The notes: a model not told the origin generated them from the sequence alone. Shown: positions 9,074 through 20,153, counted from the first letter of the stretch. The stretch: 64,000 bases of DNA from Clostridia bacterium (GCA_045655245.1 JAZOOX010000024.1:488-64487); one strand, 5' to 3'. Program-made: numbers and translations.

Positions 9074-9736
9074 TTACAGAATCCCAAAGAGAATAAAGCC
9101 GATGGTATTGATGGCAAAGTTGGCAGACATATGTAAAAACCAGGAAGGATAAATACTCCCCCCACGATCGTTTAAGTAGTTGAAAATCAACCCACCCGCA
9201 AACAGACCGATTAAGGTAATGGCAAAAACACCCGCAGAAAACCAGCCGCCCATCATGGCGATGTGGTATAGGGAAAATGCGGCGGCGCTGAACACCGACG
9301 CCCATCGGGGAGAGAAATGTTTTTTACATTCTTGGTAGGCAAAGCCACGGAAGAAAAATTCCTCCAAAAGCGAGTTCACAAAAGAAATGTAGACTGCAAC
9401 AAAAACGAAGTTGTCGCGATGGACACCGATATTCCCTGTTAAGGACGCAGTGACATTGGAAAAGTCGAAGACGTTCCTCAGCAAAAAGTAACCGCCTAAG
9501 ATCAAAAAGTAGAGCGGCAGAGCAAGACCGAGCGCTAGAAAAACGCCTTTTTTGCTGCTCCGAAACAAAGGGGTTAAGTCGGGTTTAAAAAGTAAGGGCA
9601 AGGTCAAAAAGAGCAGCAGTTTAACCGCAGATTTGACGGCGTAGTGGGGACTGATGACTGCATCCACCACTGCCATTACGCCACAAGAGAATAAGACGGC
9701 GGCAACGATCAGCACCGCCCGTTTTTGAAGGGCCAT
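9074..9736 (-). CDS. CPBP family intramembrane glutamic endopeptidase (CAAX protease / Abi family)
   Basis: EEFFFRGF, FSLYH and HMSAN motifs with multiple TM helices. Start at internal ATG (MALQKR) preceded by AAAGGAG. Confidence 0.8.
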   Translation of the reverse strand: MALQKRAVLIVAAVLFSCGVMAVVDAVISPHYAVKSAVKLLLFLTLPLLFKPDLTPLFRSSKKGVFLALGLALPLYFLILGGYFLLRNVFDFSNVTASLTGNIGVHRDNFVFVAVYISFVNSLLEEFFFRGFAYQECKKHFSPRWASVFSAAAFSLYHIAMMGGWFSAGVFAITLIGLFAGGLIFNYLNDRGGSIYPSWFLHMSANFAINTIGFILFGIL

Positions 9737-9789
9737 AGCGTCTCCTTTCCATGGAGAAAAAGCACCTCGCAAGGAGGTGCTTTCTTCTT

Positions 9790-11091
9790 TTAAAGTGCTT
9801 CAAATTGGGTCTTTAGGTTGCCAAGGGCAGTTGCCTCGACCGGACCGGTGAGGACTTGCTTTTTGGTATAGGTTTCGGTCAGCTCATTTAAATAGCTGTC
9901 CTTACTCCCGCCACCGACGATCTGGATAAAATCTACTGCTTCCCCTGTTACCGACTCGATCTCCGCCGTTACGCGGGCGTAAGATGCGGCAAGGGAATGA
10001 TAAACCGATGCCAGTACATCCCCGATGGGCAGGTCGTTCTCGCCCAAACAGTCACGGATGGCAGTAATCATGTTATCAGGCGCCACCAAACGGCTGTCAT
10101 TGGGGTCAAAGGTCTTGGAATAAGAACTGGCTTTTGCCATTTCCATCATCTGGTCGTAGGTGTACTGTTTATCCAGATTCTTGCGAATGTTTTGGAAAAG
10201 CCACATTCCCATAATGTCTTTTAAGAACTGGTAGGTCTTGTACCCGCCTTCGTTAGAGAAGTTGGCTTCCAACGCCGCATCAGTCAGGACGGGATAGGCG
10301 TTTTTGGCACCTACCAGGCTCCAAGTACCCGAGGAAATGAACATTCCGTGACCGGGACGATCGCAAACGGCAATTGCCGAAGCGGTATCGTGAGACGGCG
10401 CAAAAACCACCGTGGCGTCAAAACCAACGGTTTTTTGCACTTCGGGTGTAAAGTTGCCCACGGTGCTGCCGGGCATCAGTACTTCCTTGAAAATAGCAGG
10501 ATTAAAGCCTAAAAGTTGCAACAACTCGGTGTCCCAGGTCTTGGTCTTGGCATCTAACAGCGAGGTGGTGGAGGCGATGGTGTACTCGCTCTTCATCACT
10601 CCTGTTAAGCGGTAAGACAGGTACTCAGGCATCAATAAAAGATGCGCCGCACGGGACAGTTTGCCCGACTGTTTGTCACAATAAAGTTGGTAAATCGTGT
10701 TATAGTTCTGACGTTGAATACCCGTTCTGGCATAGAGATCACGGCGGCTGATGATTTCATCCACCGCCTCGGGAACCCCTGCCGTTCTGCCGTCACGGTA
10801 GGCAACGGCAGGCAGCAGTTCATTCTTATTTTCATCCAGTAATACGTAATCTACGCCCCAGGTATCAATGGCGATGGTCTGCGGAATCTTGCCGATCTTG
10901 CCGCATTCACGGATGCCTTCAATAATCGATTGGGTCAATGCATCGACGTCCCAATAGAAGGTATCGCCGTCAGATAAAAATCCGTTTTCAAACCGATAGA
11001 CTTCGGTGGTCTTAATTTCGCCGTCCACCCACTCGCCAAGGATGTGGCGGCCGCTGGATGCACCGATGTCAATGGCCAGACAGTAAGCCAT
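9790..11091 (-). CDS. FGGY-family sugar kinase, rhamnulokinase/L-fuculokinase-like
   Basis: 433 aa. N-terminal AIDIGASSGR and DTWGVDY motifs. Immediately downstream of fucI. Confidence 0.75.
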   Translation of the reverse strand: MAYCLAIDIGASSGRHILGEWVDGEIKTTEVYRFENGFLSDGDTFYWDVDALTQSIIEGIRECGKIGKIPQTIAIDTWGVDYVLLDENKNELLPAVAYRDGRTAGVPEAVDEIISRRDLYARTGIQRQNYNTIYQLYCDKQSGKLSRAAHLLLMPEYLSYRLTGVMKSEYTIASTTSLLDAKTKTWDTELLQLLGFNPAIFKEVLMPGSTVGNFTPEVQKTVGFDATVVFAPSHDTASAIAVCDRPGHGMFISSGTWSLVGAKNAYPVLTDAALEANFSNEGGYKTYQFLKDIMGMWLFQNIRKNLDKQYTYDQMMEMAKASSYSKTFDPNDSRLVAPDNMITAIRDCLGENDLPIGDVLASVYHSLAASYARVTAEIESVTGEAVDFIQIVGGGSKDSYLNELTETYTKKQVLTGPVEATALGNLKTQFEAL

Positions 11092-11108
11092 AGTAGATCC
11101 TCCCGGGA

Positions 11109-12905
11109 TTATTTATAGAGCGGACCGTAAGCGGCACAAGCTCTGTAATCGGAGCCTTCCTTGTCCATGCCGAAGGAATTCCAAGCGGCGGGACGGAAGA
11201 TGTCCTCTTCGGGAACATTGTGCATGCATACGGGGATACGGAGCATCGAGCACATGGTGATCAGATCTGCGCCGATGTGACCGTAAGAGATGGCGCCATG
11301 GTTGGCACCCCAGTTGTTCATTACGTCATAAGCCGACTTAAACGCCCCCTCGCCGGTGCAACGAGGAGCAAACCAAGTGCAGGGCCAGGTGGGGTTGGTG
11401 CGTTCCATCAGGGTATCCGAAACCGCATCGGGAAGCTGTACGGTCCAACCTTCTGCAATCTGCAGAACGGGACCCAAACCTTTGACCAGATTCAGACGAA
11501 TCATTGTAGCGGGCATTTCGGCACGGGTGGTAAAGTGGCTGGAGAAACCGCCGCCACGGAAGTTATCAAAGCCTGCCTCGCACCAAACGGTAGCATCGGT
11601 CATCTTTTTGATGTCTTCATCCGTTACTTCCCACCATTTCTTCATGATGGCGTTACCCTTTTCGTCCTTGCATTCACCGCAAGCGTCCAAACAAGCCGCA
11701 CCCGAATTCAGCAGATGGATGATGCCGCCGTGGGTCTTGGCTTTGCCTTCCAAATCATAGCCGGTAACACGCTTGACCGCTTCGGGCGACCAGAACGTAC
11801 GGACATCAGCAAAAATCTGTGCACGGTGGGTCAACAAACGCATGAAGAGCATTCCCAGTCCGTTCAATACATCGTTTTCGGTTGCCAAGGTATAAGGCTC
11901 ACGAGCACCCTGATAGTCAAAAGTAGAGCTTAACAGTGCTTCGGGGTAGTCACAGTTGGGCCAATGGTCGGTCCACTGACGCTGACCTTGGAAGCCACCT
12001 GCGATGGCGTTATGACCCGCCTTTTCTTCCTCAAAGGCGTCGGGCAGGTTTTTGTTGCCTGCCATCAAGTCTTTGATGATGCAGTACATCTTAACGGTGA
12101 ATTCCCACTGTTTTTCCTTTTCCTCATCCGAGAAACGGACGAAATCCGGGTTATCGTCCCGACCCATCTTGCAATGCTCACGGGTCCAGGCCAGAGCTTT
12201 TTGATATTCTTCCTCGTCATAGATGCCTTCGTCCATGCGGCGGAGGATCTCTACCTCGTCAACCGACTCGACACGCATCCCCAAATAGGATTCCATAAAG
12301 TCCTGGTCAATGATGGAGCCGCCGATACCCATGCACTGAGAACCGATTTGTAAGTAAGACTTGCCCCGCATGGTGGCAACGGCAACTGCCGCACGACCAA
12401 ACCGCAGGAGCTTTTCCTTAACGTCTTCGGGAATTTCGGTCACCTGGTCACGGTCCTGTACTTCATGACCGTAGATGCCGAAAGCGGGCAAACCTTTTTG
12501 TGCGTGGGCTGCCAAAACGGCCGCCAGATAAACCGCACCGGGACGCTCGGTTCCGTTAAAGCCCCATACGCCTTTGATGGTGTTGGGGTCCATATCCATG
12601 GTCTCAGAGCCGTAGCACCAGCAAGGAGTAACCGACAGGGTAATGTCTACCCCTTCCCGCTTGAACTTGTCTGCACAAGCAGCGGCTTCGGGCACACGGC
12701 CGATGGTGGTATCTGCCATAACAACTTTAACAGGATCACCATTGGAATAGTATAAGTTTTCTTCAAACAGTTTCTTTGCGGCAAGTGCCATTGCCATGGT
12801 CTGGTCTTCCAGACTTTCGCGGAGCTTCATCGGTCCCCGCCGACCGTCAATAATGGGACGGATACCGATTACAGGATACTCGCCAACATATCTTTTTTCT
12901 GCCAT
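11109..12905 (-). CDS. fucI: L-fucose isomerase
   Basis: 598 aa. Long colinear identity to E. coli FucI as I recall it ([42 protein letters not shown]). Confidence 0.92.
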   Translation of the reverse strand: MAEKRYVGEYPVIGIRPIIDGRRGPMKLRESLEDQTMAMALAAKKLFEENLYYSNGDPVKVVMADTTIGRVPEAAACADKFKREGVDITLSVTPCWCYGSETMDMDPNTIKGVWGFNGTERPGAVYLAAVLAAHAQKGLPAFGIYGHEVQDRDQVTEIPEDVKEKLLRFGRAAVAVATMRGKSYLQIGSQCMGIGGSIIDQDFMESYLGMRVESVDEVEILRRMDEGIYDEEEYQKALAWTREHCKMGRDDNPDFVRFSDEEKEKQWEFTVKMYCIIKDLMAGNKNLPDAFEEEKAGHNAIAGGFQGQRQWTDHWPNCDYPEALLSSTFDYQGAREPYTLATENDVLNGLGMLFMRLLTHRAQIFADVRTFWSPEAVKRVTGYDLEGKAKTHGGIIHLLNSGAACLDACGECKDEKGNAIMKKWWEVTDEDIKKMTDATVWCEAGFDNFRGGGFSSHFTTRAEMPATMIRLNLVKGLGPVLQIAEGWTVQLPDAVSDTLMERTNPTWPCTWFAPRCTGEGAFKSAYDVMNNWGANHGAISYGHIGADLITMCSMLRIPVCMHNVPEEDIFRPAAWNSFGMDKEGSDYRACAAYGPLYK

Positions 12906-12937
12906 TTCATAACCCCCTAAAAAAATTTAACTTATAC

Positions 12938-12966
12938 TTGAATTATAGTACGAATTATGTTACAAT
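12938..12966 (+). promoter_or_regulatory. Promoter of the AraC-family regulator (divergent from fucI)
   Basis: TTGAAT, 17 nt, TACAAT. Confidence 0.5.
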
Positions 12967-13021
12967 GCTATTACATTTTAGCCACAAAACCATAATAATT
13001 TCTACTTTTTAGGAGTAAAGT

Positions 13022-13861
13022 ATGAAAAATTCTGAATATCTGGAAAAAAAGCAACACGGGTCACCGGAGTTCCCCATCCAGTACTACTATGTCGAGAACG
13101 GACACCCTCAGTATGTAATGCCCCCACACTGGCATAAGGAGTTCGAAATCATCCGCGTTTTGTCGGGGGATTTTCGGGTCTTTTTAAATAACGTAGAGTT
13201 CCGTTTAAAAGATGGCGACGTTCTTTTGGTCAACAGCGGTGCTTTGCATCGGGGCGAGCCAAAGCGTTGCACTTACGAGTGCTTGGTCTTTGATTTATCC
13301 ATGCTCCGCCGTCAGCATAACGATGCGGTGCAACGGTTTCTGGCGCCCCTGCTAAACGCTTCTGCAGAGGTGGGCAAACCGTTGTACCAGGGCAACTACG
13401 GCGTTATCAACGCCCTCTTTGATGCTATGAAGATGCCGACACCCGGGGTGGAATTAAAGGTATACAGCCAGCTATTTGCTCTGCTCTATCAACTATATAA
13501 CGAGGATTGCATTGTCCCTGCCATTAAATCCGCCCGTACCCACCAAACCGAAACGATAGCCAAACTCTTGGACTGGATCGAAAAGAATTACACCGAACCC
13601 ATCACCCTGGAAAAACTGGCGGAGATTTCGGGGCTCAGCGCCAAATACCTCTGTCGCATTTTTAAAGAGTACACCTCCAAAACGGTCATTCGTTATGTCA
13701 ACGAGTTGCGCATCAACCATGCCTGTCACGAAATGGCATCAGGAAAGAACAGCACCCAGGCGGCGTTTGACAGCGGGTTTAACGACCTGAGTTATTTCTG
13801 CAAAACCTTTAAAGCCTATACAGGTGTTACTCCCAGCGCCTACAAAAAAGAGAAAATGTAA
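13022..13861 (+). CDS. AraC family transcriptional regulator (cupin sensor plus two HTH motifs), likely fucose-operon regulator
   Basis: 279 aa. C-terminal AraC HTH (..LSAKYLCRIFKEYT..GVTPSAYKK); divergent to fucI. Confidence 0.85.
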   Translation: MKNSEYLEKKQHGSPEFPIQYYYVENGHPQYVMPPHWHKEFEIIRVLSGDFRVFLNNVEFRLKDGDVLLVNSGALHRGEPKRCTYECLVFDLSMLRRQHNDAVQRFLAPLLNASAEVGKPLYQGNYGVINALFDAMKMPTPGVELKVYSQLFALLYQLYNEDCIVPAIKSARTHQTETIAKLLDWIEKNYTEPITLEKLAEISGLSAKYLCRIFKEYTSKTVIRYVNELRINHACHEMASGKNSTQAAFDSGFNDLSYFCKTFKAYTGVTPSAYKKEKM

Positions 13862-13888
13862 AAAGAGCCCCGAACAGGGCTCTTTTTA

Positions 13889-14191
13889 TTACAGTAATCT
13901 TTCTGCCAGGAAAACAACCAGACAGGAGCAAGCAGCAACCGTCAGCAGGCTCTTTTCCAGCCACGCCAACACCACGGCACAGACAAAGCCCAGTGCAGCG
14001 GCAACCGGCTTCTCGGTTGCAGAGAAAATGGCGGGAACGGTCATCACCGCCAGTACAGCATAGGGAATATAGTACAAAAAGGAGAGCAAAAATCGGTTGG
14101 TGATCTTCTTTTTCAAAAGCACCAGCGGAAGCATCCGAATCAGATAGGTCACTCCCGCCATTACCAAAAGGTACATCCAAAAATTATTCAT
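13889..14191 (-). CDS. azlD: AzlD-like branched-chain amino acid exporter small subunit
   Basis: 100 aa hydrophobic protein overlapping azlC by 8 nt. Confidence 0.7.
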   Translation of the reverse strand: MNNFWMYLLVMAGVTYLIRMLPLVLLKKKITNRFLLSFLYYIPYAVLAVMTVPAIFSATEKPVAAALGFVCAVVLAWLEKSLLTVAACSCLVVFLAERLL

Positions 14192-14894
14192 AGTGCACCT
14201 CCGTAACGGGCGCCAGCAACGCCATCAAGACGCTTGCCGCAACGGCGCAAAGAATCACGGTAAATCCTGACGGAATCGCCGCCAACACAGGCACCGTTGC
14301 AAAGATGCAGGAAAGGATTACTGCGACCGAGACACATACGGCGGTAGCACGGCGTTTTTTACAAGCAGGAATCACGATGGCAACGAACATCCCGTAAATG
14401 GCCAACCCCAACGCCGAGGTAACACTTTCGGGAAGAATATTCCCCGCCCCCGCGCCCAACACGGTGCCCAGACTCCACCCCAGATAGGGCGTTAAAATCA
14501 AGCCGTAGAGATACCGTTTTCCCACCGCACCTTCCTGGGAAGAGGCAACGGCAAATACCTCGTCGGTATTGACAAAGGAAATAATAAAGCGGTCGATACG
14601 ACGGACGGTAGGACCTAATCGTTGTGACAGTGAGACCGACATCAAGGCATAGCGCAGGTTGATAACCAGTTGCGCCAAAGCCAGCTCTGCCAAAGTACCC
14701 CCTGCAACAATGATGGGTACGCCTGCAAGCTGCCCTGCAGAGGTCACGTTGGTCATGGAAATCAGCAGGGTCTGTAATACGGTCAATCCGCAGTCGGTTG
14801 CAAAGATACCAAAGGCAAAGGCTACCGACAGATATCCAAGACAGATGGGAATGCCGTCACGGACACCTTTTAAAAAGCTGTTTTGTTCATTCAT
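14184..14894 (-). CDS. azlC: AzlC family branched-chain amino acid transport protein
   Basis: 236 aa polytopic membrane protein, AzlC-like, paired with azlD. Confidence 0.8.
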   Translation of the reverse strand: MNEQNSFLKGVRDGIPICLGYLSVAFAFGIFATDCGLTVLQTLLISMTNVTSAGQLAGVPIIVAGGTLAELALAQLVINLRYALMSVSLSQRLGPTVRRIDRFIISFVNTDEVFAVASSQEGAVGKRYLYGLILTPYLGWSLGTVLGAGAGNILPESVTSALGLAIYGMFVAIVIPACKKRRATAVCVSVAVILSCIFATVPVLAAIPSGFTVILCAVAASVLMALLAPVTEVHYE

Positions 14895-14974
14895 TTAAGT
14901 TCCTTCTTTCAAAGGTTATCATACCTTCTTTGTCGAAAAAAGTCAAGAAAAAAGCACCCTTTCGGGTGCTTTTA

Positions 14975-16324
14975 TTATTGGATCGATTTGTTTTTCCAAC
15001 GGCCCATACAATAGAAAACGACCGTAATCAGAGCGCCCATAACCCAGGTACAAAGGAGGGAGATCTGAATGCACTCTCTGCCAATCACGGGTGCTAAGGC
15101 ATATGCAATAGGAATCCGCAAGAAGACCGAGGTGATCAGAGATGTCCACATGGGTGTCATGGTATCCCCCGCTCCCCGCATAATACCCGAAAGGCTTTGG
15201 GTTACCGCCATTGCAATATAACCGGGAGCCAAAATGCACATCAGGATATAACTCATATCCACCAAATCGGCGGTCTCGGTAAAGATAGACATCAGTCCTT
15301 TGCCAAAGAGCAGGATGATTCCCGTAATGGTGGCCGAACAAATAACAGCAATCCAAGTACCCTGTTTGGCACCTTTGGTCACCCGTTCATAAAGCCGGGC
15401 ACCCACGTTCTGACCTGCGTAAGTAGTCATTGCCATACCGAAAGAGAAGTTGGGCATCATGGCGAATCCGTCTACACGCATTACAACGACGTTGGCGGCG
15501 ATAAACTGTTCGCCAAAGGTGTTGGTCAGCGACTGGACGATAATCATTGCCGACGAGAAGATGGCCTGGGTCAGACCCGAAGGAAGACCAAGGCGGACGA
15601 TGGTTTTGACATACTGGCCGCGGGGACGCAAGGTGCTCAGTTTAAATTCAAACTGTTCCTTCATCCGCACGATTTTCAGCAGACAAAGGGTTGCGGAGAC
15701 GAACTGGGCAATAATGGTTGCCAGCGCTACACCTGCAACGCCAAGACCTAAAGATGCAACAAAGTAAATGTCTAAAACAATGTTGATAACCGTTGCAACC
15801 AACAAGTAAATCAGTGCCGAAAAGGAGTCGCCCATTCCCCGCAAAACACCCGAAAGAATGTTATAAAAACCCAGACCTGCAATGCCAAGAAGAGAGATAA
15901 TCAGGTAGTTGGCACAGTCCTTTAAAATGGTTTCAGGGGTGTTTAAAAGCCTTAAAAGCGGATAAATCAACGGAGTGGCAAACACCATCATAAAGACACA
16001 GGCGATCAGCGTAACGGTAATGCAGTTGCCGATGGTATAAGAAAGCCCTTCGCGGTCGCGGGCGCCAAAGTACTGAGAAACCATGATCCCCGTACCCGTT
16101 GAAATACCGATGAACAGGACCAAAATCAAGTTGACGATCGGACCTGCACTGCCAACGGCGGCAAGGGCGTTGTCCCCCACATAGCGGCCTACTACGATGG
16201 TATCCACCGTGTTATAAAGTTGTTGGGCAATATTACCGATAAGCATGGGCAGGGTAAATAACAGAATATCTTTCCACGGACTGCCTACGGTCATATCTAC
16301 CGGTGCAAAAAGTTTTTTAAACAT
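14975..16324 (-). CDS. MATE family efflux transporter
   Basis: 449 aa, 12-TM, N-terminal MATE signature LPMLIGNIAQQLYNTVDTIVVG. Confidence 0.85.
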   Translation of the reverse strand: MFKKLFAPVDMTVGSPWKDILLFTLPMLIGNIAQQLYNTVDTIVVGRYVGDNALAAVGSAGPIVNLILVLFIGISTGTGIMVSQYFGARDREGLSYTIGNCITVTLIACVFMMVFATPLIYPLLRLLNTPETILKDCANYLIISLLGIAGLGFYNILSGVLRGMGDSFSALIYLLVATVINIVLDIYFVASLGLGVAGVALATIIAQFVSATLCLLKIVRMKEQFEFKLSTLRPRGQYVKTIVRLGLPSGLTQAIFSSAMIIVQSLTNTFGEQFIAANVVVMRVDGFAMMPNFSFGMAMTTYAGQNVGARLYERVTKGAKQGTWIAVICSATITGIILLFGKGLMSIFTETADLVDMSYILMCILAPGYIAMAVTQSLSGIMRGAGDTMTPMWTSLITSVFLRIPIAYALAPVIGRECIQISLLCTWVMGALITVVFYCMGRWKNKSIQ

Positions 16325-16426
16325 AATCTACCTCGAGCAAAAAAATTAACAGCAGAAGTATATCACAAAACAAATTCAATTTCAATAGGTAGGAAGAAAA
16401 AAGACCCGCAAAAGCGGGTCTTAATT

Positions 16427-18367
16427 TTAGGCGACATTTGCTTTCGGACGGGTCATAAACTGGATGGCGAGGACCAGAGCGAAAATCGTAACGCCGATCA
16501 CATCGGTCAGCGCCCCGGGATAAATCAGCAACAAACCACCGCAAACGCTTAACAAGCGTTGATGCCACGGGAGTCGGTGCAGTAAGAATCCTTGCAAGGA
16601 TACCGATACGGCAAAGATGCCGACGATGGCAGTGATACAGATCAGGACGATTTCCCAGACCGAGGTATCAACAAAGAGCAGTGCAGGGTTCAGCGCAAAC
16701 ACGTAAGGTACGATAAAGGCGCCAATGGCCAGTTTGGTGGCGGTAATGGCAGTTTTCATCGGGTTTGCCTGGGCAATTGCCGCACCTGCATACGCCGCCA
16801 ATGCAACGGGCGGGGTCAGGTCGGCAACGATGCCAAAGTAAAATACGAAGAAGTGTGCAGCGATGGGTTCTACGCCCATACGGACCAGGATTGGTGCACA
16901 GGTTGCCGCCATAATGCAGTAGTTGGCAGTGGTGGGAACACCCATCCCCAGTACGATACAGCAAATCATCGTCAGCACCAGAGCAATCATTACGTGGCTT
17001 CCTGCCAAGGCGACGATGCCGTTAAAGAGCAGGTTTGCCAAACCGGTCATGGTGATGACGCCTGCGATAATACCTGCAACGCCGCAAGCGGCGGCAACGG
17101 AAACCATCCCTTGCCCGCCCCCTGCCAAAGCTTCCAAAAAGCGTTTGGGGGTGATGCGATTGTCTTTATTAAAGAGACTGACCACAACGGCAATCACAAT
17201 GGCAATAGCGGCGGCGTACTGAATCGATTTTTGACTGGTACCGACCAGGTAGATCAATACCACCAAAGGCAACAACAGATACGATTTCTTCAAAAGGGGT
17301 AAAATACGAGGCAATTCCTCACGGGAAAGGCCACGGAGACCTTCTTTCTTCGCCTCTAAGTGTACGGCAATAAAGACCCCTGCAAAATACAAAATTGCAG
17401 GTAAAATAGCACGGACCACCAAGTTGCTGTAAGGCAGGTCCAGGTTTTCTGCCATTAAGAAAGCGGCAGCGCCCATAATCGGGGGCATGATCTGTCCGCC
17501 GGTGGAAGCCGATGCTTCTGCCGCAGCGGCAAACTCAGGCTTATAGCCGCTCTTTTTCATCAACGGAATGGTGACGGCGCCCGATCCGACGGTGTTTGCA
17601 ACCGACGATCCGGAAACCATGCCTTCCAATGCGCTGGCAACAACGGCAACCTTTGCGGGTCCCCCCGAGAATCCGCCGACAAAGGCGTTTGCGATCTTAA
17701 TAAAGAAATCTGCAATGCCCGTCCGTTCCAAAAATGCGCCGAAGATGATAAAGACGACAATGAATTTGGAGCAGACATTAATCGGCGTAGACAAAATACC
17801 TTCTTTGGTGTAGAACAAGTTATGAACGATATAGTTTAAACGACCCGAAAAGGTCGGATTTCTCGTACCAAAGATAAACGCGTAGACAATAAACAGACCT
17901 GCGATAATGACAATGGGCAGACCTACGCTACGACGGCAAACTTCCGCCAATGCAATGGTGCCCACAACGCCGACGGCAATCTGTAAAGGTTGCAGAATCG
18001 AGCCTTGACGAATCAAGGATTCGGCATTAAATGCAAAGTACAAAAATGCGGCGGTACCCAAAACCATCAGCAGGATATCGTACCACGGCATATAATTGAC
18101 CCGTTGCTTCCCTTTTCTTGCGGGGAATACCAAGTACCCCAAAAAGATAATAAAGGCAACAAAGGTGGTCAGGCGTAACTCCTCCAGCCAAGTAGCAAAG
18201 AGGGTAACGTACAAACAAAAGACCGAGAAGATAGCCAGTAAACAAGTTACAATGATTCTCGGAACCCCTTCCCAGATACGGGTGTTGGACTCGCGGTCGA
18301 ATTTTTTCATAACCGCGTCCAGATCCATTGGCTCCGCAGGATTCGGAGCTTTTTTCTTGAACAGCAT
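16427..18367 (-). CDS. TRAP transporter fused permease (TAXI-associated, DctQM-like)
   Basis: 646 aa polytopic protein immediately downstream of a TAXI receptor gene. Confidence 0.8.
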   Translation of the reverse strand: MLFKKKAPNPAEPMDLDAVMKKFDRESNTRIWEGVPRIIVTCLLAIFSVFCLYVTLFATWLEELRLTTFVAFIIFLGYLVFPARKGKQRVNYMPWYDILLMVLGTAAFLYFAFNAESLIRQGSILQPLQIAVGVVGTIALAEVCRRSVGLPIVIIAGLFIVYAFIFGTRNPTFSGRLNYIVHNLFYTKEGILSTPINVCSKFIVVFIIFGAFLERTGIADFFIKIANAFVGGFSGGPAKVAVVASALEGMVSGSSVANTVGSGAVTIPLMKKSGYKPEFAAAAEASASTGGQIMPPIMGAAAFLMAENLDLPYSNLVVRAILPAILYFAGVFIAVHLEAKKEGLRGLSREELPRILPLLKKSYLLLPLVVLIYLVGTSQKSIQYAAAIAIVIAVVVSLFNKDNRITPKRFLEALAGGGQGMVSVAAACGVAGIIAGVITMTGLANLLFNGIVALAGSHVMIALVLTMICCIVLGMGVPTTANYCIMAATCAPILVRMGVEPIAAHFFVFYFGIVADLTPPVALAAYAGAAIAQANPMKTAITATKLAIGAFIVPYVFALNPALLFVDTSVWEIVLICITAIVGIFAVSVSLQGFLLHRLPWHQRLLSVCGGLLLIYPGALTDVIGVTIFALVLAIQFMTRPKANVA

Positions 18368-18434
18368 AACTCTTCCTCCTCAGGTGACAGAATAAAAGGC
18401 CGCGGCGTTAGCCACGGCCTTTTAGTGGCAATTA

Positions 18435-19379
18435 TTACTCTACGGTAATACCTTTTTCAGCAAAGTATCTTGCTGCACCTGCGTGGAAAGGAACGGTCAT
18501 ACCGGAGGTTGCGTTCTCCAAAGAGAGTTCGCCACCCTTGGCATGCTCAGCCTTGATGGCATCGATGTTGTCGAAGATCGCAGCGGTCAGGGCATAAACA
18601 TCGTCTTCAGAAGCGTTTGCATCTACGATTAAGGTTGCCTTAACGGTAACGGTCTTAACAGCTTCGGTCTGACCTTCGTATGTACCTGCGGGAATCTCGT
18701 ATACCGTGTAGAAGGGGCAATCAGCCATCAGCTTATCGGCAACAGCTCCGTCAATGGGAACCAGGTATGCATTGTTGGTGGTGCACAGTTCGGTAATGGC
18801 AGGAGTGGGAGCGCCTGCTACGATGAATGCGGCGTCAATCTTACCATCCTTCAAAGCATCAGCACTGTCGGCGAAAGACTGGTACTGCGCCTTGATATCA
18901 GCCTCGGTCATACCTGCAGCGGCCAACACGTCAACAGCGTTAAAGTAAACGCCGGAACCGGGAGCGCCGATGGAAACGACCTTGCCCTTTAAGTCTGCAA
19001 CAGACTTCACTTCAGGGTCCATGGTAACCAGCTGAACAGCCTCGGCGTACAGACCTGCAACGGTACGGAAGGAGTCTACCTTACCCTCGTTCTCGAAAGA
19101 ACGGGTGCCTTCCCACGCGTAAGACATAACGTCTGACTGGACAGTACCCAACTGATAGTTGCCTGCGGCAATACCCTGGATGTTGGCTTTGGAACCGTCG
19201 GTGGAAACAACCGTTACGGCAATGCCTGCATTGTTGGTAATGTACTGACCCAAAACGCCGCCGTAGCCATAGTAGGTGCCCGAGGTACCACCGGTACCCA
19301 TGGTCATCCCTGCGCCACCGCAAGCGGTCAAGGCAAGAATCATTGCCAACGCCAAAATGATCAATACTACTCTTTTCAT
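18435..19379 (-). CDS. TAXI-family TRAP transporter solute receptor (lipoprotein)
   Basis: Start at internal ATG (MKRVVL) with AAGGAGG. Lipobox LTAC. Confidence 0.8.
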   Translation of the reverse strand: MKRVVLIILALAMILALTACGGAGMTMGTGGTSGTYYGYGGVLGQYITNNAGIAVTVVSTDGSKANIQGIAAGNYQLGTVQSDVMSYAWEGTRSFENEGKVDSFRTVAGLYAEAVQLVTMDPEVKSVADLKGKVVSIGAPGSGVYFNAVDVLAAAGMTEADIKAQYQSFADSADALKDGKIDAAFIVAGAPTPAITELCTTNNAYLVPIDGAVADKLMADCPFYTVYEIPAGTYEGQTEAVKTVTVKATLIVDANASEDDVYALTAAIFDNIDAIKAEHAKGGELSLENATSGMTVPFHAGAARYFAEKGITVE

Positions 19380-19447
19380 TGATTTTTCCTCCTTGTACGC
19401 CGAAAGGGTCAACGCCCTCAGCTTATAGTAGTTTTTTCATCTTTATT

Positions 19448-19476
19448 ATAATACCATACTAGGCTGAAAATTTCAA
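19448..19476 (-). promoter_or_regulatory. Promoter of the TAXI-TRAP operon
   Basis: Minus strand TTGAAA, 17 nt, TATTAT. Confidence 0.4.
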
Positions 19477-19533
19477 GTAAAAGTTTACAACAACCATAAT
19501 TTTAATTCTTGAGAAAGGCGGTGTATTGACATG

Positions 19534-19568
19534 AAAAGGCAACTCCCTTTCGGGAATTGCCTTTTTTG
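19534..19568. terminator. Rho-independent terminator after the PRTase gene (bidirectional)
   Basis: GGCAA(c/t)TCCC-tttc-GGGAATTGCC flanked by A4 and T6. Confidence 0.6.
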
Positions 19569-20126
19569 TTATACCGGATTTCCTTCCGTATCGAAAAGCG
19601 GAAGCGGAGCAAGGTAAGTAATGTCTTCTCTGCCGATGGCATCACCCTCTGCCAAAACTGCCATTTTTGCGACGATATTGCCACCTGCCGCATGAATGAG
19701 TTTTTCCAGAGCCGAAAGGGATTCACCTGTGCTGATGACATCATCCACAATGAGAACACGCTTTCCTTTGATTGCTTCCACATCTTTGGAATCAAGGTAC
19801 AGTGTCTGTGTATGACTGGTCGTGATGGAGTCAACCTGGACACTGATGATATCTTTCATATAAAGTTTCGGCGCTTTTCTGGCAACGATATAATGATTTA
19901 ACCCTGCCTGCCGCGCCATTTCATACAAAAGGGGGATACCTTTTGATTCCGCGGTAATCATAACGTCATATTCGGGTGCCCGTTTCAAAAGCTCTTCGGC
20001 GGATTTTTGGGTAAGTTCGACATCGCCGAACATCACAAAAGCGCCGATGTATAGGCTTTCGTTCAGTTTGCAAAGCGGCAGGTCCCGCTTTAAACCCGAT
20101 ATGTCAATTGTGTAAAATTCCTTCAT
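19569..20126 (-). CDS. Purine phosphoribosyltransferase (type I PRTase, xanthine/hypoxanthine-guanine-like)
   Basis: 185 aa with PRPP-binding motif VLIVDDVISTGES. Cotranscribed downstream of an NCS2 purine permease. Confidence 0.7.
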   Translation of the reverse strand: MKEFYTIDISGLKRDLPLCKLNESLYIGAFVMFGDVELTQKSAEELLKRAPEYDVMITAESKGIPLLYEMARQAGLNHYIVARKAPKLYMKDIISVQVDSITTSHTQTLYLDSKDVEAIKGKRVLIVDDVISTGESLSALEKLIHAAGGNIVAKMAVLAEGDAIGREDITYLAPLPLFDTEGNPV

Positions 20127-20153
20127 TTTTGAATGGTGCTCCTCGCTGTTCGA

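Noticed and set aside
11220-11933. 237-aa and overlapping 134-aa ORFs on the plus strand
   Set aside because: Antisense to the confidently identified fucI. No start context.
16592-17302. 236-aa Gly/Asn/Cys/His-rich plus-strand ORF
   Set aside because: Antisense to the TRAP permease gene. The composition reflects the complementary strand of hydrophobic codons.
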